Shown: positions 19,254-26,326 of the stretch, piece by piece
Position numbering within the stretch: the stretch's first letter is position 1
How the letters are laid out: every line of letters begins with the position of its first letter
Origin: a virus
Taxonomy: Duplodnaviria; Caudoviricetes
Strand: one strand, 5' to 3'
DNA length: 64,000 nucleotides
Virus record (IMG/VR): IMGVR_UViG_3300037467_003067
Location: 96,001 to 160,000 of that record
Position numbers and translations under genes: made by a program
The notes under the pieces: model-generated
What the model saw: the letters and a program-made list of their open reading frames with translations, nothing else
What the model was told of the DNA's origin: nothing
Database searches by the model: none

Positions 19254-19589
19254 TCAACTAAGTCTGCTTCCCGAAGCCACTTCGACTGTGGGCGAACAGA
19301 GGGCAAATCTGCCCTGATCATCCTTTGCCGCCAGGACCATGCCGTGGCTCTGTTCTCCCCGCAAGACCCGAGGCTCCAGATTGGCGACGATGACGATCTG
19401 CTTGCCGATCATGGCAGCAAGGTCTTCGGCGTTGTAGTAGTCACGAATCCCGGCGACGATCTGGCGTTCGTTATCTGGTCCAAGCAAGACCTTGAGCAGT
19501 ACGAGTTTGTCGGCTTTGGGATGCGGAGTTGCCTCTAAGATGGTGACGACTCGCAGATCAATCGCTTGGAATTGCTCGAAAGTGATCAC
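19254..19589 (-). CDS. stand-alone tRNA-binding OB-fold (Trbp111/CsaA/MetRS C-terminal type)
   Basis: IDLRV..ILEATPHPKADKLVLLKV.LG...RQIVAGIR.YY...GKQIVIVANLEPR.LRGEQSHGMVLAA. Confidence 0.88.
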   Translation of the reverse strand: MITFEQFQAIDLRVVTILEATPHPKADKLVLLKVLLGPDNERQIVAGIRDYYNAEDLAAMIGKQIVIVANLEPRVLRGEQSHGMVLAAKDDQGRFALCSPTVEVASGSRLS

Positions 19590-19602
19590 GAAGTCTCCTT
19601 CA

Positions 19603-20709
19603 TTAAATGCTCACGGCTTTCCAGCCCAATGTTTCGCCTGCACGGTACGGGCGAAATTCGTGGATCGAATCAGGAACAGTCCAGGATTCTTTGACTAACC
19701 TAGTTCTCTTTTGACAAGTCAACAAACCATAGAAATTTCGACCATTCCTCGACACGAACTTCTCGAACCGTTCAATCCGGATCTCGTCCAAGCCCTTGAT
19801 TGCCGGTCCTGGATTAAACGCCTCCCAGACCGATTCTAGCAGACACGGAGAATTGAAGACTCCGGCGCACCCTTCATCACATTCTTTCTTGCTGATCTCA
19901 TGAGGAGCGGTGTCTGATCCCAAGAAGAAGCAACCCTCTGCCTTTATTGCCGCTTCCACGAGTGCTTTTTGGTCACGCTTGTACTTAACCACCGGCATGC
20001 AGTAAAGGTGTGGTCGGAGTTTTCCCGCGAGTAGGTTGTCCAGTGAGTTTTGAAGGTGGTGCGGGGTGATGGTTGCGGCGATCCTGCCGGGAGCCCAGCG
20101 ATGCCACTCTCTAACCTTTTCCACAGCTTCCTTGGTCGTGATGTGTTCCAAAACGATGCGGAGTTTGGAAAACGCTTGGAGGTAATAAGGAACCAACTGG
20201 AGAAAGTTGGATTCTCGTTCCAAGATTTCGTTCTGTTCTTCTATGACGTTCTCGATCTCGCCGTGAAAGGAAAGCACCATACCGAGTCTTTCGATCTCTG
20301 CGATGGTTTGTAGAAAAAGGGAATTTTTCCTAGGGCTGTAGAGAAGTCGTACTAAGTCGGCATGAGGGGTGCCGTCGTGGGCATTGGTCGTAACGCCCTC
20401 AGGATAGACCTTGAAGCCCACAGCCCCCGCCTTGTAGACCTCGCGAACGGTCTCGGGCGTGGTCGCAGTCAACATCTTGGCGAGGATATGGGGACGGCAA
20501 TCGCCGAGGTGAGGTTTGATCTGCTCGTCGTAGGTGAGGACGGTCTCGCCGTTCCAGACAGGAGGTGTTGTGTTGGGCATGACTATGGCATCACCACAGA
20601 CCCGACCCGTATAGGGGGCGACCTTGGCTATGGTCTCGCCTTGCCGCAAGTGGGTGTGGGCGTCGAAGGGAGCCTCAATCGTGAAGTCAGTGATGTATTC
20701 GACAGGCAT
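19603..20709 (-). CDS. pyrC: dihydroorotase (E. coli-type)
   Basis: DAHTHLR, MPNT.PP, FKVYPEGVTTN, HGE, VLEHITT, ATITPHHL, CMPVVK, FLGSDTAPH. Confidence 0.9.
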   Translation of the reverse strand: MPVEYITDFTIEAPFDAHTHLRQGETIAKVAPYTGRVCGDAIVMPNTTPPVWNGETVLTYDEQIKPHLGDCRPHILAKMLTATTPETVREVYKAGAVGFKVYPEGVTTNAHDGTPHADLVRLLYSPRKNSLFLQTIAEIERLGMVLSFHGEIENVIEEQNEILERESNFLQLVPYYLQAFSKLRIVLEHITTKEAVEKVREWHRWAPGRIAATITPHHLQNSLDNLLAGKLRPHLYCMPVVKYKRDQKALVEAAIKAEGCFFLGSDTAPHEISKKECDEGCAGVFNSPCLLESVWEAFNPGPAIKGLDEIRIERFEKFVSRNGRNFYGLLTCQKRTRLVKESWTVPDSIHEFRPYRAGETLGWKAVSI

Positions 20710-20726
20710 GGTGATGTCCTTGAAAT

Positions 20727-20766
20727 GAAAAGACCGCCCGCCAAAATACCCTTATTGGCGGGCGGT
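20727..20766 (-). terminator. intrinsic terminator closing the protein+ncRNA unit
   Basis: ACCGCCCGCCAA/TTGGCGGGCGGT 12-bp stem followed by CTTTTCATTTC. Confidence 0.75.
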
Positions 20767-20774
20767 ATAGGTTT

Positions 20775-20946
20775 GTGCTTATTCGCTTGTCCGTGGCTTC
20801 CGTTTAATCCAGTCCTGAGTCTGAGCCAGGCGCTTAACCTTTAAGCTACCCCCGCTAATATGGACCAAATTTTTAAGAGCGGGGGACGAGAATCGAACTC
20901 GTAATCTCCTGGGTTTGAGACTGGAACTCGACCGGACAATAAGCAC
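20775..20946 (-). ncRNA. circularly permuted tRNA-like RNA module 2 (YrlA-like)
   Basis: CCAGG-AGATT-ACGAG-TTCGATT-CTCGT-CCCCCGC [linker] GCGGGGG-TA-GCTT-AAAGGTT-AAGC-G-CCTGG; outer helices TCCAGTC/GACTGGA, TGTCCG/CGGACA, GTGCTTATT/AATAAGCAC. Confidence 0.85.
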
Positions 20947-20961
20947 AGTAAGGAGTCTGTT

Positions 20962-21103
20962 GGCGATAGTCTCAGCCTGATTTTGCCCTTTACGCTCTGC
21001 CGCTGGCGTACCCCGGCGTGGTCTAGTGGGAATGCCGGGGGAAGGATTCGAACCTTCGACCTAAGGGACAATTTAAGTCTAAGTCTAAGCCTAAGACTGC
21101 GCC
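20962..21103 (-). ncRNA. circularly permuted tRNA-like RNA module 1 (YrlA-like)
   Basis: CCCTT-AGGTC-GAAGG-TTCGAAT-CCTTC-CCCCGGC [16-nt linker] GCCGGGG-TA-CGCC-AGCGGCAG-AGCG-TA-AAGGG; outer helix GGCG.AGTCTTAG/CTGAGACT..CGCC. Confidence 0.82.
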
Positions 21104-21137
21104 TCTAACCGCAGGAAAGTTCTGCGGTTAGTTTGAT

Positions 21138-21360
21138 GGGGACGAACCGTTCTTCTGAACTTACGGAAATCTAAGGGAACCTTAGCCCTGTCAGATTCTT
21201 GGACTCACCACAGCCTTATTTCTAAGGTCTTACACGGTGATAACCTAGTCTTTCAACTAGCTTCTCAAGCGTGAATTCCCGTAGAACTTACGGTACTTAA
21301 TCTGAAAGAGTATTTCCCTCTTAAATTTCCGAAGGTTTTTCTTCAACTGTTCGAAACCCC
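21138..21360 (-). ncRNA. multibranch structured RNA domain with GAAA tetraloops
   Basis: Closing GGGG..CGAAC/GTTCG..CCCC; 12-bp CGGAAATTTAAG/CTTAGATTTCCG; TCAGATT/AATCTGA; hairpins CTAGTT-GAAA-GACTAG, CCTTA-GAAA-TAAGG, CCGTA/TACGG; no ORF. Confidence 0.65.
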
Positions 21361-22109
21361 TATTTCACGAGGTCTCCGAAGACGAAGCCGAGGACAGCAT
21401 CACCACACTTCTTCTGCTCGACCTCGATGCTGTTGGCTTCCTCGCGAGCGACCTTGATCGCGTCCTTGAGAGCCCGGACGCGCTTGAGAGCATTGTTTCG
21501 GTCTTGGATGCGGATGGCTCCTGATTTCTTGGTGTTGTTCCAGACCCCGATCGGCTTGTCCACATGCTGAACTTGAACCTGTGCCGGGTGCTTGTCGGTC
21601 GCTTTGGCGAGTTCCAAGACTTCGGCGACCTTGGCAAGTTTCTGGGTCACGTAAGGATCGGTCGTATAGCCGCCTATCTCGGGATCGGGCTTCCAATTCT
21701 CGGAGGGATCGAGCGTCGGGAGCTTGGCAATGAACGTCTCCAGATCGGTGACTTGCTTCTCCAAGAAGAGCAAATTGGTCACCGGAACACCGGAGAGGAC
21801 GACCTTGCCGTCGACCTTGATGTCAGCTTTGGCGATCGTGTTCCCGATGTCTTGAGTGAGGACAACATCCAGCATGGGAGCCAGAGCCGATTTCACTTCG
21901 GAAAGGACATTCGGAATCGTATTCTGGACCCGTTTGATCTCAGGAGGTAGGTGGTTGGCTTGTCCGTCCTCAAACGGCTCGTACCTCCGGTATAAGCCCG
22001 TGAGAGAATCCGGTTTGAGACGAAGGTGTGCGTCCGTAAGGACTTTCTGGGCATTGGTCTTTTGCCCCGAAACCACCGCCACAATCTGGCAAAGCTTTGC
22101 CTTACTCAT
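21360..22109 (-). CDS. conserved hypothetical protein (249 aa), putative partner of the downstream RNA
   Basis: KLCQIVAV..G.K...LPPEIKRVQ...AKADIKVDG...VPVTNLLFLEKQ...LPTLDP...ATDKHPAQV...SGA...AIKVAREEAN; resembles an uncharacterised bacterial/phage family (from recall, not searched). Confidence 0.85.
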   Translation of the reverse strand: MSKAKLCQIVAVVSGQKTNAQKVLTDAHLRLKPDSLTGLYRRYEPFEDGQANHLPPEIKRVQNTIPNVLSEVKSALAPMLDVVLTQDIGNTIAKADIKVDGKVVLSGVPVTNLLFLEKQVTDLETFIAKLPTLDPSENWKPDPEIGGYTTDPYVTQKLAKVAEVLELAKATDKHPAQVQVQHVDKPIGVWNNTKKSGAIRIQDRNNALKRVRALKDAIKVAREEANSIEVEQKKCGDAVLGFVFGDLVK

Positions 22110-22169
22110 GGTCCCCAGAGTCCTCAAATCTTGAATTTGTTGAAAACTGAACTTGATGCTGATGATCTT

Positions 22170-22198
22170 ATTGTATCTGGCTTAGACAACTTTGTAAA
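22170..22198 (-). promoter_or_regulatory. sigma70-like early promoter of the protein+ncRNA unit
   Basis: TTTACA-N17-TACAAT; insulated by an upstream hairpin at about 22213-22250. Confidence 0.72.
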
Positions 22199-22258
22199 CC
22201 AAGTTTTTTGAATTCCTGTCCGGTATTGCGTCACCTCTACCGGACAGGAATAAAAGGG

Positions 22259-22702
22259 TCAGGCTTGGGGAGAAGGAGCCTGATCCTTTGTCTGCTTCTG
22301 TCCTCGTTTCTTGCGAGGCTCGAACAGGTAGGGACACAGGGCGCGGACGATCGGCTCGTGGTATTCGCGAGGAAGCTTGGCATTTCGCACCAGTCGCTTC
22401 GTCGCGTAGCGGATGCCAGTTTTTTCGTCGAACACGTCCGGCGGTTTGCAGCAAGCCCGCGACACGCAGGTCGTCTTCTGCCCCGGAGAAATGGAAAGCT
22501 CGATCCGCACCTCGGGTACGGAAAAGGGAACTGTGACCAGACAGCCGGTCGTGTCTCGGCACCATCGTCCGAAAGCACGAACGCGAGTGTCTACCGATCC
22601 CATTCCGAACAAGATGACCGCCTGAGCGGTTTTCCCATCAGGTAGGGCAATCTTGACGATTTGATTCGCAGGTGGTTTCCACTTCTTGCCATTTTTGCTC
22701 AT
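22259..22702 (-). CDS. hypothetical basic protein
   Basis: 147 aa, GGGAG SD, own promoter and downstream hairpin. Confidence 0.6.
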   Translation of the reverse strand: MSKNGKKWKPPANQIVKIALPDGKTAQAVILFGMGSVDTRVRAFGRWCRDTTGCLVTVPFSVPEVRIELSISPGQKTTCVSRACCKPPDVFDEKTGIRYATKRLVRNAKLPREYHEPIVRALCPYLFEPRKKRGQKQTKDQAPSPQA

Positions 22703-22760
22703 TCGCTTCTCCCTGTGAGTTTTGTTGATGAAATACGATCTTGCGTGCTAATTGGAAGTC

Positions 22761-22789
22761 ATTGTATCTTGACACAAACCAATTGTAAA
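22761..22789 (-). promoter_or_regulatory. sigma70-like early promoter
   Basis: TTTACA-N17-TACAAT. Confidence 0.68.
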
Positions 22790-22852
22790 CTGAAAACTCG
22801 GAAAAATCCAAATTGACTGGCGAAAGCATCCGGGACTGACTCGTTTACTCTC

Positions 22853-24481
22853 ATGGACACAACCGAAGATATCAGCCGATTTTCTCACCCCAAGATGGCA
22901 TACTACCGCTACGTCTACCGCAACAGTCCGAAATGGGATGGCAAGCAATCGCTGGAAAACAAGACCGTCATCGTCTACGGCGAACAGGGTTATGGCGACA
23001 TCATCCAATTCGTCCGCTACATCCCCTCCCTAATGCATCAGAAATGCCGCGTAATCGTCCACTGCCCCCAACCCCTTCACCGGCTCTTCGGAGTTAGCAG
23101 CATCGGTCACGAATGGATCGACCGCGACATCGAGGAATTACCCGACCACGACTTTCACATCCCTTCCATGAGCATGCCATTCAAGGGACTAACTGAAACT
23201 CCATCCCCTTATCTCAAAGTCTCTGAAAAAAGAAACGACATCCAAGGCGAATTCAAAGTGGGGATCGCCTGGGAAGGCAATCCCGAACATTCGAACAACT
23301 TCCTGAGGAGTTGCCACCTCTCCCTCTTCCAGCAAATTCAGGAATTGCCCCATGTGACAATGTACATGCTACAAGAAAAAATCAACATTCCAGAATTCGC
23401 CGATGTCAACGAGAACTTCCAACTCTTCTCCGTGAATAAGACCGATTTCTACGATACCGCAACCCTCATCAATTCCATGGACCTGATCATTTCGGTAGAC
23501 ACCTCAGTCTTACATTTAGCAGGTGCCTTGGGCAAGGAAAATGTCTACGGACTTCTCTCCAATCCCTGCGATGCCCGCTGGGAAGTCAAAAATTGGTATC
23601 CCAATACAACCCTTATCCACGACCAAGACGGCAACTGGACCAATACATTCCGAACCCTGGAAAGGGTTGCTGCTTCCAAGAATACAGCAGTCAAGATACA
23701 TCGCCAATTCAAAACTAAAGAAAACTACGACAGCATCCTCGTCACGGGCGGCATCGGCGACTTCATCGCCCTCGAAAGTCACATGAATAATGACCTCAGG
23801 AAAAGGATCAAGCGGATATATCTTGCTACCCGTGCCGATCAAACAATCGAGCAATTGGCTCGACCGATCTTCAACGAAGCCGATATCGTCAAGATATTTT
23901 CCGACTACACAAAGATGACGTTCTATCAGAAGACCGAGGTCGCCGCCCATCTCAAAGCAATCAAATGCCCTTTCCCATCCGATTGGCGTTCGGTGGAAGA
24001 TTGGAGCATCCTCGTCAAATTCGACGAGATCAACCGAGGCAAGTATCGCTACCACGGCACCAAAATTTTCGATCACATCAATGATTGCTTTGATTGGGAC
24101 AATTATATCGTTGTTTGTCCCATGACCAATACCGAGAGAGATACGGGACGTGACTTCGACCAGAAAGACTGGCAGGATACAATTAATCGCCTAGAAATTA
24201 CCAATAAGACCGGAATTGTCATCGCCGGGGAACGAGTGGAAGTCCCGAATCATCACAAGCTAATCAATCTCTCAGGACAAACTTCCCTGTTCGAATCGAT
24301 CGGCATTCTGAAGAAAGCAACGGGTTACATCGGCATCGATTCGTTCCTGTCAATTTTGGCAGCCCAGAGATTCAATCCCCCGAACATCCTCGTGAAAAGC
24401 ATCAATCCACATCTATACAAGTATTCTAATATTTACTATGCTCCACACGAGGACCGAAGTTTTATCAAGCCGAGGCTGTAA
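22853..24481 (+). CDS. two-domain GT-B/GT9-like glycosyltransferase
   Basis: EQGYGDIIQFVRY, VGIAWEGNP, DLIISVDTSVLHLAGALG; second domain TGGIGDF...INLSGQTSL...IGIDS. Confidence 0.75.
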   Translation: MDTTEDISRFSHPKMAYYRYVYRNSPKWDGKQSLENKTVIVYGEQGYGDIIQFVRYIPSLMHQKCRVIVHCPQPLHRLFGVSSIGHEWIDRDIEELPDHDFHIPSMSMPFKGLTETPSPYLKVSEKRNDIQGEFKVGIAWEGNPEHSNNFLRSCHLSLFQQIQELPHVTMYMLQEKINIPEFADVNENFQLFSVNKTDFYDTATLINSMDLIISVDTSVLHLAGALGKENVYGLLSNPCDARWEVKNWYPNTTLIHDQDGNWTNTFRTLERVAASKNTAVKIHRQFKTKENYDSILVTGGIGDFIALESHMNNDLRKRIKRIYLATRADQTIEQLARPIFNEADIVKIFSDYTKMTFYQKTEVAAHLKAIKCPFPSDWRSVEDWSILVKFDEINRGKYRYHGTKIFDHINDCFDWDNYIVVCPMTNTERDTGRDFDQKDWQDTINRLEITNKTGIVIAGERVEVPNHHKLINLSGQTSLFESIGILKKATGYIGIDSFLSILAAQRFNPPNILVKSINPHLYKYSNIYYAPHEDRSFIKPRL

Positions 24482-25277
24482 CTCTATGACTGGCGGCATG
24501 AGATAGGTGGAAAAGCAATTCTTGAATAACTTGCTGTAACCTTGTTGGATTGGTCTGAATAAGTTGCTGGAAGGCTTGTTGATTATGCTTGAGATTTCGC
24601 ATAAACTGCTGAGCCACAAGCATAGAGTCCGAAGTACCCTTGTCGTCTTTCCCGTAGTTCAATCTTCCCATGCTGGCTCGATCATCCTCTTTCTTGCCAA
24701 TCTGAGAAAAGAATCCTTGTACGGCTCGTTCGATCTGCTGCTGTACATTCGCGTCATAGAAGTGGATGACAATTTGGTCTTTATTCTGATAAAATCCTCC
24801 AAAACTGGTGCCAATCTTAAACCCGATCACATCGGATTGCATATCTGTTTGTACAGTGTCGAGATTCTTGGCAAGTATAGGAAGTGATTGAAGGACGGTC
24901 CATATGTCATTGGGCTGGATTGAAATGTATCTCTTAGAGGTTTGCCCGTTCGTTTTGACGCCCTTGTGATTGCCCTTCCTGTACCACTCGATCCAAGCGC
25001 CATTGCTGTCGGCTGTCCAACCCATGGTTGCCAAAACCTGTGTCAACTTTTGAATAAGTTGCTTATAAGATTGGTTGTATTGTTGATACTGCTGAGGGTT
25101 TTGCATCAAATCCTGGACAACCTTATGCCGTTCCCCGTGATCAGTGAGACTGCCGTAGACGATATTAGTCATGAGTTGTTCAGGAACTTTGCCAGCAAAA
25201 TAATTAGGCAAATTTTGAATAATCAACTGTACATCATTAGCATTTTCTAATAGGTAAAACCAATCTGAAAAATCCAT
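24465..25277 (-). CDS. hypothetical, capsid-targeting-like N-terminus
   Basis: MDFSDWFYLLE; TATATA 8 nt upstream. Confidence 0.7.
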   Translation of the reverse strand: MDFSDWFYLLENANDVQLIIQNLPNYFAGKVPEQLMTNIVYGSLTDHGERHKVVQDLMQNPQQYQQYNQSYKQLIQKLTQVLATMGWTADSNGAWIEWYRKGNHKGVKTNGQTSKRYISIQPNDIWTVLQSLPILAKNLDTVQTDMQSDVIGFKIGTSFGGFYQNKDQIVIHFYDANVQQQIERAVQGFFSQIGKKEDDRASMGRLNYGKDDKGTSDSMLVAQQFMRNLKHNQQAFQQLIQTNPTRLQQVIQELLFHLSHAASHRVTASA

Positions 25278-25406
25278 AATAACATATATAGAAATTTAAT
25301 AGATTAAATCTTTTCCTCCAACAAAATCCATTAAAAAATTAAAGTATAACTGACATCTTCCGATAATACAAGTGTACCAACAAACACTTTACAGACAGGA
25401 AAAACG

Positions 25407-26303
25407 ATGGCTACCAAAGGCGTGAAAGCGAAGAAGATTCAGGCGACCGAAGCTCAAGAAACTCTCGATGCGGTCAAGGGACTCGACCTCAATACCGTGA
25501 TCGGCGAAGTCGGCAATCTCCAGGTCAATATCCAGAATGTCCTGGCAAACCTGAGTTCCTCTTTGACCAGTAAAATCCAACATATGGATACTGTCAACCA
25601 GGCAATTACCCTGAAAGAAGATCGCTTAAAGGAACTGTACGATATCGAAAAGGAAGCGATCACCATCGACGACCTCCGCGCACAGAGGGAAGAAGAAGCC
25701 AAGGAATGGTCTAAAAAGAAGCAAGAGAAGGACGCTCAATGGACCGAGGAACTCGCCGAACGCGAGAAGTTCCGCAAGCGTGAACACGAAGAATATGTTT
25801 ATGCTACCAAGCAAAATCAGAAGCGAATCAAGGATGAGTTCGATGCAGAGGTCGCCCGCACTAAGCGGGAAGAGCATATCCGCCAGGAATTGCTTCAGCG
25901 AGAATGGAATGCTCGGGAAGAGGAGATCGCCAAACAAGAAGACGAGATCACGGGTCTTCGGAACCAAGTTGCCGGATTCGATGGTCGACTCAAGTCCGAA
26001 ATTGGCAAGGCTGAAGCCATCCTCGGAAACACCTTAAAGCGTCAGTATGAGCATGACATCCTGATCATGAAGAAGGACGCCGAGAACGAGCGGAAGATGA
26101 ACGAGGCACATGCGGCAATGCTTCAGCAGACGATCGGTGGTCTCCAAGACCAAATCAAGGATCTCCAGGTCCAGTTGACAGCGGCTCGTGCCGACGCAAG
26201 GGATGTGGCTTCCCAAGCCCTCCAGAGTGCCTCAGGACGACAGGTCGCCGAAGCCCTCCAGAGAGTCGTCGATACCCGCGACAACGCGACCAAAGCCAAA
26301 TAA
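25407..26303 (+). CDS. long coiled-coil protein
   Basis: E/K/R/Q-rich heptads throughout. Confidence 0.75.
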   Translation: MATKGVKAKKIQATEAQETLDAVKGLDLNTVIGEVGNLQVNIQNVLANLSSSLTSKIQHMDTVNQAITLKEDRLKELYDIEKEAITIDDLRAQREEEAKEWSKKKQEKDAQWTEELAEREKFRKREHEEYVYATKQNQKRIKDEFDAEVARTKREEHIRQELLQREWNAREEEIAKQEDEITGLRNQVAGFDGRLKSEIGKAEAILGNTLKRQYEHDILIMKKDAENERKMNEAHAAMLQQTIGGLQDQIKDLQVQLTAARADARDVASQALQSASGRQVAEALQRVVDTRDNATKAK

Positions 26304-26326
26304 ACGCGAAATAGAGGCATCTGCCC

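Noticed and set aside
19560-19589. MITFEQFQ as a capsid-targeting sequence
   Set aside because: Matches the native start of Trbp111/MetRS-C domains (I..DDF.K.DLRV).
20826-21067. Ordinary tRNA genes, or one tRNA made from the 5' half of module 1 and the 3' half of module 2 with an intron
   Set aside because: Cross-module halves do not pair (AAGGG vs CCAGG; GCCGGGG vs CCCCCGC mismatched), whereas within-module permuted pairing is clean.
20841-21071. 76-aa ORF in the track
   Set aside because: Lies entirely within the tRNA-like structures, with no SD or protein features.
21072-21097. CRISPR array or microsatellite
   Set aside because: Only four 6-nt units, no spacers and no cas genes; treated as an RNA motif.
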